A DNA stretch of 64,000 nt from a virus. Its lineage: Duplodnaviria; Heunggongvirae; Uroviricota; Caudoviricetes. The translations under genes and the position numbers were made by a program. The notes under the pieces are model-generated. The model made no database searches. It was not told where the DNA came from and worked only from the letters and a program-made list of their open reading frames with translations. The stretch lies in IMG/VR virus record IMGVR_UViG_3300032007_000002. The stretch is one strand, 5' to 3'. Positions 26,463 to 37,630 of the stretch are shown here, in pieces (position 1 is the stretch's first letter; the number at the start of each line of letters is the position of its first letter).

Positions 26463-27367
26463 TAAAGGTGCTGCTAGTAATCCCGGCCCATGGTCAGAAC
26501 ATCTTCCTCCCGAAGATGCTGGACCGGCTGTCCAAGCTGAGCGTATACCCGACCGAGTGCCGGTATGTCATCGACCGGCCGCAGCCAGGCGAATACGAGG
26601 AAGCCCTGGATATATATGCCAAGGCCAACCGGATAGCTGGCGGCAATCTCGGTTTCGTCAAGATACTCAAAAGCGATGGGTACCCGGAATGGGTGGGACA
26701 CCCGCAGATGAACGCCGGCTCGGACTACTTCCTTACCGGCTACGTAAGAAATGCACAGGTAGAATACGCAATCAAGAACGACTTCCACTACGTAATCTTC
26801 ATCGACGGGGACTGCGTGCCGGAACCGCACCTGATTTCGGCGCATGTCGATACCCTGTCCGAGAAGAGCTCCCCGATCGCCACGGTAGGCCGTCGCAGGG
26901 AAATCATCTGGAACATGGAAGACCAGCGCATGGCGAGCCCCAAGTCCGTATGCCACCTGTTCGCGAACACCCCGCGGCTCATAGACAACGAGTTCTGGTT
27001 CGTTGACAGCGGTGTCGTATGGACCTGCAACTTCGGCCTGAACATGTATGCCATCAAGCAGCTATGCAGCATGAACGCATCCCTATACGGCCGGGAAGAA
27101 GTGTTCTCCTCCGAGTTCACCGGGACTTGGGGAGGGGAGGACGGGTTCCTCGGCCTGGAGTGCTTTTACAGCGGGATTCCGGTCTATGCCTTGCCCAATG
27201 GCGAAAACGGCATCATCCACCAACCCCATGTGCGGCCGATGAACAAGTATGACCACCCGCAGTTCATTCCCTACCTGGAAGCGATGCGGGAAGACCTGAT
27301 GGCACGGATGCACCTGCATGGATGGCTGTCAAAGGAATTTGTGCCGCGTTTGCGCATGACGAAATAA
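26459..27367 (+). CDS. Family 2 glycosyltransferase
   Basis: LLVIPAH, RN...IFIDGDCVP, WTCNFG, WGGED. Confidence 0.85.
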   Translation: MIKVLLVIPAHGQNIFLPKMLDRLSKLSVYPTECRYVIDRPQPGEYEEALDIYAKANRIAGGNLGFVKILKSDGYPEWVGHPQMNAGSDYFLTGYVRNAQVEYAIKNDFHYVIFIDGDCVPEPHLISAHVDTLSEKSSPIATVGRRREIIWNMEDQRMASPKSVCHLFANTPRLIDNEFWFVDSGVVWTCNFGLNMYAIKQLCSMNASLYGREEVFSSEFTGTWGGEDGFLGLECFYSGIPVYALPNGENGIIHQPHVRPMNKYDHPQFIPYLEAMREDLMARMHLHGWLSKEFVPRLRMTK

Positions 27368-27369
27368 AT

Positions 27370-27392
27370 AAGGCCGCTCGATGCGGCCTTTT
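27370..27392. terminator. Bidirectional terminator
   Basis: AAGGCCGC-TCGAT-GCGGCCTTTT between convergent genes. Confidence 0.7.
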
Positions 27393-27393
27393 C

Positions 27394-28839
27394 TTATGCT
27401 GTCCTGGAGCCGTCACTTGTCGGCGACAGGTCTATCAAGTCGGTATCGGAGATCGTCGTCGCAACGTTATCGACCTTTACCGAATTATATTGCATCTGTG
27501 ACTTCAACGAATTGAGCAGTCTCGCTGCATTTGGATTGCCTGACGGTGTCACCGTAAACCCGGAAACGTCCGCGCCCGAATTAGACCACGCGTCGGCGAG
27601 GTTGTCGAAGTCCTGGTTGGTCGGATTTGCCCATTGGGTCTGGACTACGGGTCTTCCGGCCCGTGCCTTTGGCGGAACGGTTTTCGATGTATCGAAAAGG
27701 TCCTGCACTTCCGGCTTCACCGAACGGATGCGGTCGATATAGCATCCCTTCTGCCCGGCAAGCGGGGTCAGGTGGTTGGTAAACACAAGCTGGCGCAGTT
27801 CGGCGGAACACATGTTCATGATGTCATAATAGTTTTCCGCGATGGCAGTCAGGGTAATCTTCTTTTTGAGCGCAGGCTCCCCCTCGTGAAGGAGGTAGCT
27901 GTGGATGTCGGTAAGCATGCCGATTGCACGGGTAGGATCCGTCTTGACGACCTCCTCGATCACCTTCATGGCCTTGTCATGTTCCTCAACGCTCATGTTT
28001 TCATACGTGAGGACTTTAATCACGTCAATCTTGGACAGTACCTTCATGTCGAGGTAAAATGTCGCAAAGCTGGTCGCAAGGAGCGGGCCGACAAAGCCGG
28101 CGCCGAGCGTTTCCAGGCGCCTGCGCGTAGGCGGATTGCCGTCACCCATCTTTCGCTCCATGTTGTTGAGGGAACGGCTGTACATGTCCCAGGAACGCGG
28201 CGTGGAGAGCACATTTCTGTAATGCTCGCGGCTCATCGCGTCGTTTGCGAGCTTCGGGTCGGAAAGCTGGTGGAGATACTCGGGGTACTTGCGGATGAAC
28301 TCGACCACGGCAGAGTTGAAATGCTGCGGCACGGCGATGCGGTCAAGCCAGTATTGGGCGTCGCACATCACCTCGGCGACGTAGAAACGGTCGGACTGCG
28401 CGAGGTCGAACGGAACGATGTCATACATCGGCCCCAGGTCCGGATTCGCTGCCGATATGATACGGGAACCTTCCGGCATCTTGAGCTCGGCGATTGCCCG
28501 GTTGAGGACAAGGCCCATGCAGCCGCGGACGATTGAGTTCGAACCTGCGCGGTTGATTTCGTCGATAAAGAGGATAGTCTTTTCCGTATCGGAAAACCAT
28601 GGCGGTGGATTGAGTACGGTGCGCCCGTCAACCACGCTGTTGCGTCCCAGGAAGTCGCCTATGTCAAGGACTTCCGCGACATTCTTCTCGTAATAGCGAT
28701 ACCCTTCCTGGCGTGCAGCCCAGGCTTTGGCAAACGAGGATTTGCCGATACCGGCCGGGCCGACCAGCAGGACGGCCACTTCCGGCGGGATGAACTCCAA
28801 GTTTTCTTCGAGTTCGGAAAAAGTTACTGTTTCTACCAT
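27394..28839 (-). CDS. MoxR-like AAA+ ATPase
   Basis: GPAGIGKS, FIDEINRA, SAANP, DRF, STPRSW. Confidence 0.85.
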   Translation of the reverse strand: MVETVTFSELEENLEFIPPEVAVLLVGPAGIGKSSFAKAWAARQEGYRYYEKNVAEVLDIGDFLGRNSVVDGRTVLNPPPWFSDTEKTILFIDEINRAGSNSIVRGCMGLVLNRAIAELKMPEGSRIISAANPDLGPMYDIVPFDLAQSDRFYVAEVMCDAQYWLDRIAVPQHFNSAVVEFIRKYPEYLHQLSDPKLANDAMSREHYRNVLSTPRSWDMYSRSLNNMERKMGDGNPPTRRRLETLGAGFVGPLLATSFATFYLDMKVLSKIDVIKVLTYENMSVEEHDKAMKVIEEVVKTDPTRAIGMLTDIHSYLLHEGEPALKKKITLTAIAENYYDIMNMCSAELRQLVFTNHLTPLAGQKGCYIDRIRSVKPEVQDLFDTSKTVPPKARAGRPVVQTQWANPTNQDFDNLADAWSNSGADVSGFTVTPSGNPNAARLLNSLKSQMQYNSVKVDNVATTISDTDLIDLSPTSDGSRTA

Positions 28840-28861
28840 GGTAGGTGAAATATAGCAAAAA

Positions 28862-31800
28862 CTACTGCAGGCAATCCTCGTCAATCGGACCGTCAACGAG
28901 TATCACGTCCTCGCCCGCCGTAGAGGCGAACGGGCTGCTGCCCGCAGACAGCGTGCCACCGTGGACAGACAGGCTGACATCGACGTTGAACGTCGCGTTG
29001 ATGACGATGCAGAGCTTGTCGAACACCACGTCGATAGGCTTGATTACCCGGATGATGTCCTTCAAGTAGTCCATCGAGTTGATGCCCACCAGGCTGCGCC
29101 CGGTAGCCGTCTCGGCCTGCACTTCGAGGTCGATGTGCGGTGTCGGGACCCACTTGCTCTTGATTTCGCCCTCGGTCTCGATACGTTCGGCGACCTCGTC
29201 CGCGGAAAGCAGCTCGACATACGGCTGGCTCGTCTCAGTCCATTTCGTCAGGACCTTGCCCACGACGCCGAACAGGGACATCACGGCACACACGCCGGCA
29301 TCCGTGCCGGAGTGCGAGTAGATGTCCGGGAGGTTCTCCACGACAGACCTGACGGCCATGCGGCGCATGGCTTCCGTGTTGTAGAGGGGGTTCTCGTTGA
29401 TGTTGTCGTCCATGCCGGAGATGTCAAAGCCCATGAACCTCGCGAGATACCCGATGAGGTCATAGTCGATTACACTCGCGTCGCGGAGGTAGGCGAGACG
29501 CTCGATCTTTTCAGCAAGCGGATAGCCCATGTCGGGAACGCCCTTGAAGGACGAATCCATGTTGCGACGGGAAGCGACGGAACCGTAGTCATACTTCGAT
29601 GAATACTGGAGCATGCCGTTGCCGGTAGTGTCGATGTTTTCGAGCGCCTTGTTGTCGAAATTGTAGTTCCGTGCGAACCCGCGCGGGACGGTATAGGTAG
29701 AATCCTGCGTCTCGGCAGCCTTCATCACGCTGACGTGGTCGTGCGGGATATACAGGTATTCCGGCACCCCATCTTCCGAACCGGCTTCGAGGTATGCGGC
29801 GTTCTTCATCATGTCCACCGAGATGTCGCGGATCTTCATGACGCGCTTCGTGCGGACGGGAATCCAGCTGGCATTTGCGGACACTCGCCATCCGATACGC
29901 TCGTCCGGCCTGGACTGCGCAAGGGAAACCACGATGTCGCCATCGGCAAAGCGCAGCACCTGCCCGTAGCTGACGGAATTGAACGCATAGGCACCCTGCA
30001 GGTTGCGCAGGTTGTCCCCCGCCTTATCAAGGACATAGCCCTTGAAGACGGTGCTCGTGCCGGCTTCGCATGCGGGCACATAGTTGCCATACACGGCGAA
30101 CGTGCAGTCGCCCGTAACCTTCATGACATAGGCCCTGGCGAGCCTTACCGCAGTTCCGCTCTTCATGTCGGCCACGCCGGTGCCCGCATAGTCAACCACG
30201 ATGAAATCGTGCTCGGAGAACCTGTGCGGCGCCTTGGTGGTGATATAGGTCCATGCCTCGTTCTCCCCGTTCGCCGCGACACCCGCATGGGCCTCCACGA
30301 CCACATTCTGCATAGAATAGGTGGTGCAGTGGGAAACACGGTCCCATTCAAGGCTCTTGATGGTGTACTTATACCACGTTCCCGGGCGGAGTTCCATCAC
30401 GCGGTTATCCACCGGGTTGCCGTCGAGAAGCGGGGTTCCTGCCTGGTCGTTCACGCGGATCACGATGAACCCGGCGCCCATAATTTCCTCGACAGTATGC
30501 CAGCCGTTATATTCGGTCGGATAGACATTGGAGATGAACACCTCCATGCTCCCGTTCGCATACTTGGCATCGGACTTGCTGAGATACGGGACGGACTTCG
30601 CGAGCTCGACGAGGGCGCGTCCGTCACCCATGTAGCGGATGGAACGGATATTTACCGCCTCGCCCATGGAGTTCACCGGATTGTCGTCGGACGTGTCGAA
30701 CAGGTTCTGCCTAGAATACAGCGTGCAGGGCGTGAGGATGGCCTTCGGGTCAAGTTCTTCCCATGCGCCCGGGCCTACCCTGTAAAGGGTTTCCCCGACA
30801 GTGACGATGTCGCCTTCTTCCGGGGCTATCCTGATGGCAGCGCCGGAAACGGGCGTTCCCTGCTGCCCATGGACATCCACGCCGAACGAATACTCGATGC
30901 AGGCATACTTGTCCGTGTTGGAGCTGCCCGCAGCCGGGTCGGAAATAATCTCGTGCGTCCCGGTAAGTTCGACCGGTTCAAGGAGATTGGGGAACTGGAT
31001 AAAGCACTTGTCGAAAGTGAGCGAGCGGCCCACATGGAGCACCCCGTCACCGTTCACCGCCTCCACGCGGAGAAGGTAGGTATTGCCGGAAACCTGTTCG
31101 TCGCTGACGCGGACGCCCGCCACTGAATACCTGTATGAACGGTCATAGACCATCACTGCATCCTGGTCAGAAATCTCGAACACGCGGCGGGTAAACACCT
31201 CATCGGTTTCCACGGTGTAGCTCACGGTGTCGTTATCCACGACATGCACGGCCACGCCGGAAAGATTGAACAGGATGTCGTTCGCGAGCACATCCTCGCT
31301 GTCGATACCGGAAATATCTACGGTAACGCCGTCAACGAGCCCGTGCGCGGCAGAGGACACGGTAACTGTCCATGTCCCGTCGTTGTTATCGACGGCCATC
31401 ACGGAGTCGATGTCGTTGCGGATTTCCTTGTCGGCACCATAGGCAACCACAGGATAGTCGATTACGGCATCCCGGAACTTGGTCAGGTCGCTGTCAACGA
31501 TGTCGGAATACTGGCCGGCGGACATGAACTCCACGAAGCCGTTGCGGTCATCGGCAGCGATATTCAGTTCCGACGCGTGATAGAGCCATTCCCTATCCTT
31601 GTAGCCAAATTTCAGGCCAGTCGTGTTCACCTTGCGGATGTAGGTCAGCGAGGTAAGGACATCGTGCGGGAGGGAGTAATCCGGCTCCTCGCCGAGTTCG
31701 AGCGTGTCATACTGCCCGAAGAACGGGACAAACTGGTTACGGATCGAGATGAAGTTGAACGCGCGGCAAGAGAGCTTGTCGGCATAGCGCATCCCGTGGC

Positions 31801-33838
31801 GGACCTCGTCAATCTGGTCATCGGCCGGATCGTAAACAAGGTCCCCGTCAAACAGCTGTTCGCCGTCGGTCTTGACGCCGGTCGTCATGACGAGGAGGGC
31901 CTTGCCTTCCGTCTCGCGGTCAGTCGCGACGAGCCACTTGGCCGTAGTAATCTTGATGCCGGTACAGAAATCGAGCACCGCGGAGGTCTCGTCATCGCCA
32001 TAGATATAGCGGACAACGCCGTTCGCGAACATGCTCTCGTCCTTGACGAGCTTGGTGACGAAATAGCGCTTGCCGATTGACAGGGTGCTGCAATCGAAAA
32101 CCACCGTGCGGACTGCCGCGCTGGAGACCTGCATGAAGTGCCGGTCCATCGGGTCATCGACCGCCGTCAGCAAAAGCAAGTCCCCCGCGGAAGGCATCGT
32201 GTCGCCGGAATAGACACAGTCGGCGTTGCTGTCCGAACTTGCGGTGATGATACCGCCGCGGACGCGGGTGATGTTGACCTTCTTCCCGTATGAGGAACGG
32301 GCCACGCGGACACCCTCGCTGAGGAAATACTGCGTATATTCGATACCGTCGATAAACACTCCGGTAACCTTGTCGCGGATCATAGCGACCCCTTCCCACA
32401 TGAGGTCGTCGGAATACACCGGGTCGCCGATATTAAGGTCGCCGTGGTCCAGATAGAAGCCGTCACCGCCGCAGAGGCGAGAACTCGGGACATATCCCTC
32501 ATACACGACATCGTTCACGATGTCGGCATCGCGGTAGCCGCGGAAGGAGGCCTTCCCGGAGCTTATCGTCCCGTGACCGCAGAGAGGAACCTGCGCGTTC
32601 CACTTGACCACCGTCTTCGGGTGTTCGTAGTCGAGGGACCAGTAGCTCTCGAACAGCGGATATTGGGTGAAATCGTACTGGGTGATGTTCTCCACGATTG
32701 CCGTCATGTCGCAGGCGCGTGTGGGCACGAGCGTGAGCGTGACGAGACCGTCCACCGCCATCGTCGAAGACGGGTCGGGGAAGCTCATCTTGAACTCGTA
32801 GTAAACGTCCTTGTTCTTGCGGTGGACGAGATAGCAGTATGCCCCGTCCGCGATTGTCGGGAGCTGCTTGAACGTAAGGCGGAGCACGCCGGAAGTGTAT
32901 TCGGCGGTCGCGATTGCGCACTTCTCGGTGACATCGGCCTGGGACGGGTCCTTCGCCATGTCCCCGCCGTCATCGGAAAGGTTCACGATGTTGGCCGTGC
33001 TCATGTCGCGCATGTAGAACATGCCGGTCGGGAAACCGTTCTTCCATGAATATACGGAGCTGTCGGTAGATACGAGGGACGTCCTGATGTGGTCGCCCGG
33101 GTTCACGACGTAGTTGAGGTAGTCAACCACGAGGTTTCCGTTCTCGCCGCTCTCAACCGTGCGGGAAACCGACGACACATGGAAGCGGAAATAGACTTCG
33201 TAGTAGTTGATCCCGTTTACCGTCTTCAGGTACCGGGCATAGACGCTCCCCACCTCGTCAACGACGAAGGAAACCACGCTGTCCGTGGTATTGTCGGTCC
33301 CGTCGAACGGGTCCTGGGAATTTCCCATCGGGTCGGGGCGGAGACTGTCGGAAGCCTTGTCATAGTAATAGGGGTGGACATCGCCACCGGCAAACTCGAC
33401 ATAGACTACCTGGCCGTCGGCAACGCCGGTCCCGAGACCCCTGATCGAGGCATTGGGAACCACGTCCTCCTTCTCGGTCTGGACGCGCATGGTGACCGGA
33501 TATTCCGCGTTGACATTGCCCAGGGCGGCGTTGCTGCGCACGTTGTTGCGCGGCGCGGAAAGGAGCAGGATGGGGGATGCCCTGTGCATGGCGTGCTCGA
33601 ACATGTCCTTCAACTTGGACTGTGTCTGCTTGACACGGAACACGTCGGTTTCGGAACACACCCGGACAATCTCGAACTCGGTGGTCGTCCGCAGGTTGCG
33701 ATATGCGTTGTTGATGTAGTCGCTCATCACCTGGACGAACTCTACAACGTCGGGCTCCGTCTTCAGGAAGTCCGGGAGGTAGGCGACAAAGTCGCTGTGT
33801 CTAAACTGACCGCCGTCGTTATACGGTATCGCTCTCAT
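28862..33838 (-). CDS. Large baseplate wedge or tail protein (gp7-like position)
   Basis: 1658 aa, coupled to the gp6-like gene; N-terminal YLPDFL; C-terminal YLARFMG...IYSHSGT...IKP pattern of wedge proteins. Confidence 0.65.
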   Translation of the reverse strand: MRAIPYNDGGQFRHSDFVAYLPDFLKTEPDVVEFVQVMSDYINNAYRNLRTTTEFEIVRVCSETDVFRVKQTQSKLKDMFEHAMHRASPILLLSAPRNNVRSNAALGNVNAEYPVTMRVQTEKEDVVPNASIRGLGTGVADGQVVYVEFAGGDVHPYYYDKASDSLRPDPMGNSQDPFDGTDNTTDSVVSFVVDEVGSVYARYLKTVNGINYYEVYFRFHVSSVSRTVESGENGNLVVDYLNYVVNPGDHIRTSLVSTDSSVYSWKNGFPTGMFYMRDMSTANIVNLSDDGGDMAKDPSQADVTEKCAIATAEYTSGVLRLTFKQLPTIADGAYCYLVHRKNKDVYYEFKMSFPDPSSTMAVDGLVTLTLVPTRACDMTAIVENITQYDFTQYPLFESYWSLDYEHPKTVVKWNAQVPLCGHGTISSGKASFRGYRDADIVNDVVYEGYVPSSRLCGGDGFYLDHGDLNIGDPVYSDDLMWEGVAMIRDKVTGVFIDGIEYTQYFLSEGVRVARSSYGKKVNITRVRGGIITASSDSNADCVYSGDTMPSAGDLLLLTAVDDPMDRHFMQVSSAAVRTVVFDCSTLSIGKRYFVTKLVKDESMFANGVVRYIYGDDETSAVLDFCTGIKITTAKWLVATDRETEGKALLVMTTGVKTDGEQLFDGDLVYDPADDQIDEVRHGMRYADKLSCRAFNFISIRNQFVPFFGQYDTLELGEEPDYSLPHDVLTSLTYIRKVNTTGLKFGYKDREWLYHASELNIAADDRNGFVEFMSAGQYSDIVDSDLTKFRDAVIDYPVVAYGADKEIRNDIDSVMAVDNNDGTWTVTVSSAAHGLVDGVTVDISGIDSEDVLANDILFNLSGVAVHVVDNDTVSYTVETDEVFTRRVFEISDQDAVMVYDRSYRYSVAGVRVSDEQVSGNTYLLRVEAVNGDGVLHVGRSLTFDKCFIQFPNLLEPVELTGTHEIISDPAAGSSNTDKYACIEYSFGVDVHGQQGTPVSGAAIRIAPEEGDIVTVGETLYRVGPGAWEELDPKAILTPCTLYSRQNLFDTSDDNPVNSMGEAVNIRSIRYMGDGRALVELAKSVPYLSKSDAKYANGSMEVFISNVYPTEYNGWHTVEEIMGAGFIVIRVNDQAGTPLLDGNPVDNRVMELRPGTWYKYTIKSLEWDRVSHCTTYSMQNVVVEAHAGVAANGENEAWTYITTKAPHRFSEHDFIVVDYAGTGVADMKSGTAVRLARAYVMKVTGDCTFAVYGNYVPACEAGTSTVFKGYVLDKAGDNLRNLQGAYAFNSVSYGQVLRFADGDIVVSLAQSRPDERIGWRVSANASWIPVRTKRVMKIRDISVDMMKNAAYLEAGSEDGVPEYLYIPHDHVSVMKAAETQDSTYTVPRGFARNYNFDNKALENIDTTGNGMLQYSSKYDYGSVASRRNMDSSFKGVPDMGYPLAEKIERLAYLRDASVIDYDLIGYLARFMGFDISGMDDNINENPLYNTEAMRRMAVRSVVENLPDIYSHSGTDAGVCAVMSLFGVVGKVLTKWTETSQPYVELLSADEVAERIETEGEIKSKWVPTPHIDLEVQAETATGRSLVGINSMDYLKDIIRVIKPIDVVFDKLCIVINATFNVDVSLSVHGGTLSAGSSPFASTAGEDVILVDGPIDEDCLQ

Positions 33839-36471
33839 TAGGTATCCATCGAAGTCTTAAGTGAGACATTGTAATCGACAGAAAGCTCGATGCCCTCGGT
33901 AGGAATCACTATCTGCACGATTTCGTTGCGGTTGGAATAGTTGGTGATGTTGCCCTGCTCGTCGATGAGCGACGCGCACACGTAGTATTCGAGCACGTTG
34001 CGCACCAGCTTGATATACTCCTGGCCATAGCGCATGTAGCTGTAAAGGCCGGAACCGTTGATTTCGGCCATGCCGACCACATTCTCGGTGTCCTTGAACG
34101 TAAGCCCGTCAGCTTCCATGCTCCATCCCTTGATGGCGTTGATTACGTCATAGAGACGCCCGGCAGTGGCCACGTCGCCGGTAGTGCGGGCCTCGGTCAG
34201 CGCCGCGTAAACCGGGGTGAAAATCTCCTGCATCACCTGTTCCCAGATGTAGGCGACGAACGTATCGATCTGCTTGTCGGACAGCTTGCCGGCAGCGAGT
34301 TTCGGCGCAACGTTCTGCTTGTAGAACTCCTGGATGCGGGTCTGCATGCTGCCCTGGTCCATATCGCCAGTCTGCTTGCGCATCTTGAATACGTCCTGGT
34401 GGAGGGAAGCGGATGCCTCCCCGGCATAGCGATACTGCAAGGTGAACTCGTTGCCCTCGTCATCGACGGAATCCGGCGTGATGTACTCGTAGGTCAGTTC
34501 GCCGAGCCACGGGAGGGTGGCAAGGTCGAGGTTGCGGAAGCCGTCGTCAACCGGCTCGAAACGGACATCCACACCGGCCACCTCGACCATCTGGTGGATG
34601 AGCGCCTCGATACGGGAGCGGTAGATCGGGACGGAGAATTCCGTGTTGTCCTTCAAGTAGGCATAGACCACGTTCTTGATGCGGTCGCGGATGTCCGTGA
34701 ACTTGTTGCCCTTGTAGAGGGTAACGTCCATGAGCAGCTGCATCGTGTGCACGGACGGATAGACGTAGGAGTGGAACCCGCCACCGACGGTAAGCATGCC
34801 GCGGCGGTTGAGCGCGACCATGATGGAGTGCAGCTCGGAACCCGGCTCGACGAAATCCATCGGGCTGAGGTTCGCATTGAACACCTTGTAGTCAAGCGGG
34901 TATTTCGGGATAAGGGCGGTAAGGTAGTTCGAGACGATTTCGTTGGCGAAGCCTTCCGGGTCAGCCGCGCCGTCCACCCAGCGGCTGCCGAGATGGTTGG
35001 CGGCAAGGTCGGAAGCCAGCTTCGCACGGATTGCCTCAATCGTATTCCGCAGCTCGGTCTGGTTCACTGCGCCGATCGAATCGACATCCTGGTAATCGTA
35101 TTCCCAGGTGTACATGAGGCCGTTGACCTTCGCGCCGGAAAGGAAATACTCGTCGGAAGTGGTCGGGTAGTAAGTGCCCTCGCGCTCGCGGTAGAGGTCC
35201 TTCAACGCGGAGAAACGCACCTGGTTCATGTACTTCACGTTGATGCCACCGTTCCTCAGTTTCGTGTTGAGGATGTCCTCGCCGAAGGCAATCGCATACT
35301 TCACGTCCGCATAGCGGCGGAGGAACACGCTGTAACTCGTGCCGTTGATGAGGTGGTCGAGGGTGTTGTAGATTTCCGGGGAGTTGTTCTTGATGGACTC
35401 GGCGCTTTCCATCGGCTGGCCACCGCTGATGTCGGTAGTGAGCGCGATGTTGAGGTCGTTAATCGTGATGTCGCTCTCGGAACCGTCGGCCTGCGTAATC
35501 GTGATGCTGGATGCGGATGTCGAGAGGGTGGAGCCGGAAACGTTGGTCAGGTTGCCCGCTTCGCCATGCGTGGAGAAGTAGGTTACGGAGATGACGCCGT
35601 AAGGGATTGCCGCCTTGAGGCCGTCGCTGAACTTCATCTGGACGTTGCCGTCGTTGGACGTGTTCAGGATTACGGTATAGTTGGTCGTGTAGCTGCCGGA
35701 ACCCGGGACAAAGCCGGAAAGGTCGTTGGCGGAAGAATCCTTGGACGGATCCGTGAAACCGCGGCGCGAAATTCGCCAGTAGAGACGGTCGGCCATGACG
35801 GAATCCATATCGACCCCGTCAACGAGCGTCGCGTCGGAAGTCACCGTCGTGAAACCCGACGCGCGGTGCGAGACATTGCCGTCATCGGCATAATTCGGGT
35901 CGCTTTCGCCGAAATAGTCGGCAAACGTGGGGTCGTTGATGATGAATACCTGGTGCTGCTTGCCGGAAGACACGAAGTTCACCGTCTTGCTGATGCCTTC
36001 CGCGAGGACGGCATAGCCGCTTACGAGCGTCATGAGGCCCGTGTGGTTCGCGTCCAGATTGCGGTCATAGGAGAACTCCATGTCGGACATGGCGGTAAGC
36101 GTAAGCCCGCCGAGGGCAAATTCGCAGCCCTTCGGGATGAACACGCGGATCGTGTCATACTGGCCCGTCGTCGTGGTCTGAATACCGACACCCGCCTTTG
36201 CAGGGACGGGGCGTCTCGGGCTGTAACCGAGCATACGGCCACCGGCATAGATGGACCCGAGGTTGGTCGCCGTTTCCAGGAAAGCGTTCTGGAAGGACGA
36301 TTCCGCATAATACGCCATGAGGTCCGCGGTGCCCGCGAACAGGTCGAGGAGGATGCGACCGTATGAGCTGTCGGAGAGGTCAGCGAGGGGTCCGCCCTTG
36401 GCCTTCAAAATGGTCATCAGTTCGGACTGGATGTCCTCGAACCGTATTTTAGTATATTTCCTGGCTGCCAT
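33838..36471 (-). CDS. Baseplate wedge subunit (T4 gp6/baseplate J-like)
   Basis: FEDIQSEL...LLDLFA...AFLETA...LGYSP, FSDG, GG..MESAESIK. Confidence 0.85.
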   Translation of the reverse strand: MAARKYTKIRFEDIQSELMTILKAKGGPLADLSDSSYGRILLDLFAGTADLMAYYAESSFQNAFLETATNLGSIYAGGRMLGYSPRRPVPAKAGVGIQTTTTGQYDTIRVFIPKGCEFALGGLTLTAMSDMEFSYDRNLDANHTGLMTLVSGYAVLAEGISKTVNFVSSGKQHQVFIINDPTFADYFGESDPNYADDGNVSHRASGFTTVTSDATLVDGVDMDSVMADRLYWRISRRGFTDPSKDSSANDLSGFVPGSGSYTTNYTVILNTSNDGNVQMKFSDGLKAAIPYGVISVTYFSTHGEAGNLTNVSGSTLSTSASSITITQADGSESDITINDLNIALTTDISGGQPMESAESIKNNSPEIYNTLDHLINGTSYSVFLRRYADVKYAIAFGEDILNTKLRNGGINVKYMNQVRFSALKDLYREREGTYYPTTSDEYFLSGAKVNGLMYTWEYDYQDVDSIGAVNQTELRNTIEAIRAKLASDLAANHLGSRWVDGAADPEGFANEIVSNYLTALIPKYPLDYKVFNANLSPMDFVEPGSELHSIMVALNRRGMLTVGGGFHSYVYPSVHTMQLLMDVTLYKGNKFTDIRDRIKNVVYAYLKDNTEFSVPIYRSRIEALIHQMVEVAGVDVRFEPVDDGFRNLDLATLPWLGELTYEYITPDSVDDEGNEFTLQYRYAGEASASLHQDVFKMRKQTGDMDQGSMQTRIQEFYKQNVAPKLAAGKLSDKQIDTFVAYIWEQVMQEIFTPVYAALTEARTTGDVATAGRLYDVINAIKGWSMEADGLTFKDTENVVGMAEINGSGLYSYMRYGQEYIKLVRNVLEYYVCASLIDEQGNITNYSNRNEIVQIVIPTEGIELSVDYNVSLKTSMDT

Positions 36472-36557
36472 TCTCTTGATCCAAAACTTATCCCTAGTTT
36501 ATAGTCCCGGAGGGGTCGCGGAGCAGTTTTCGGACCGCCGGACTCTAAACTATTGGC

Positions 36558-37571
36558 ATGCCCGAACTCATACTCGACATCAAGGCGAACGTCCGCCACA
36601 CATCGCGGCTCGTTCCCAATTTCAGCGTCCTAGCGAACGTATCAATGCCGTTCTGGAACAAGCGTGCCCAGGGTTTCGTCGAGCGCCCCGAAAAGATACA
36701 GGCCAACCAGCCCGAGTTCGAGCATACGGAAGACAAGGGCTACACCTACCACTTCCGCCAGCACAACTCGTTCCGTGACCAGAACCGCTACGACGTCATG
36801 ATCAAGGCGGTGATGAAGCGCCAGGCCGGCACGAAGTTCGCCTACTACACGACCACGTTCAACGTCGACTCGGACCCCCTCCACAAGGAGGACAACAACC
36901 GCACGATAGACCGGTACTTCGAGATACCGGCACTGGTCGGTTTCAACCCGCAGAACGAGCTTTACAAGCGCTTCGGGCTCCAGTACACGGCAAAGCAGGA
37001 AATCTACCTCCACATGCCGCTGTTCCTGGAAAGGAACTACGCGAGCCTCCGCAGGGAAGGCGTGATGCCGAAATGCGACCCGAAGGAGCACAACCCCATC
37101 TGGTGGCAGCGCGGTTACGAGGAATTTCGTTACTTCGGATATACGGCGGACCAGATTTTCCCCAAGGCGGGGGACAAGCTGAAACCGCTCTACGACAACA
37201 AGCTCTATAACGTCAGCAGTGTCACCGACGAGATCCCGGAATACGAATACAAGTGGAGAAAGTATTTCTGGAAGCTCTACCTCGAAGTCGCACTCGACAA
37301 CGGCATGCAGGTCTCCGAGAGCGTGAAGAACGACCCGGAGCAGCGCCACTTCATCGACAACCTCCTCGGCCTGAACAACCTTCAGCCGGGCACCACCGGG
37401 GAACAGCAGGCCACGAGCATCACCCCGGGCTACGCCTTCGATGTCTCGGACATCGTGGACGAGATGAAGAAGGACGTCCTGTTCCACCCGCCGGAAGTCA
37501 AGAAGTGCGTCAAGAACGTCACGCAGGACCCGGACTGGTATGCCTGCAGCAACAAGTTCGGCATGTGGTAA
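36558..37571 (+). CDS. Neck/head-closure protein (T4 gp14-like)
   Basis: LHKEDNNR, ELYKRFGLQ, PKAGD motifs; late promoter motif 5 nt upstream. Confidence 0.65.
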   Translation: MPELILDIKANVRHTSRLVPNFSVLANVSMPFWNKRAQGFVERPEKIQANQPEFEHTEDKGYTYHFRQHNSFRDQNRYDVMIKAVMKRQAGTKFAYYTTTFNVDSDPLHKEDNNRTIDRYFEIPALVGFNPQNELYKRFGLQYTAKQEIYLHMPLFLERNYASLRREGVMPKCDPKEHNPIWWQRGYEEFRYFGYTADQIFPKAGDKLKPLYDNKLYNVSSVTDEIPEYEYKWRKYFWKLYLEVALDNGMQVSESVKNDPEQRHFIDNLLGLNNLQPGTTGEQQATSITPGYAFDVSDIVDEMKKDVLFHPPEVKKCVKNVTQDPDWYACSNKFGMW

Positions 37572-37575
37572 CGCA

Positions 37576-37604
37576 AAAGCCCGCGGTTTCCCGCGGGCTG
37601 TTTT
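37576..37604. terminator. Bidirectional terminator
   Basis: AAAAGCCCGCGG-TTTC-CCGCGGGCTGTTTT. Confidence 0.75.
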
Positions 37605-37630
37605 ATTCGGATTCCTATTATGGCAAATTC

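Noticed and set aside
27394-28839. MoxR-VWA chaperone system
   Set aside because: No VWA or metallopeptidase partner is recognisable next to the ATPase in this window.
34399-36366. Long antisense ORFs (also 16030-17691, 25017-26393, 29735-31126, 41352-42872, 47232-48968)
   Set aside because: Shadows of GC3-biased genes on the opposite strand, without RBS or motifs.
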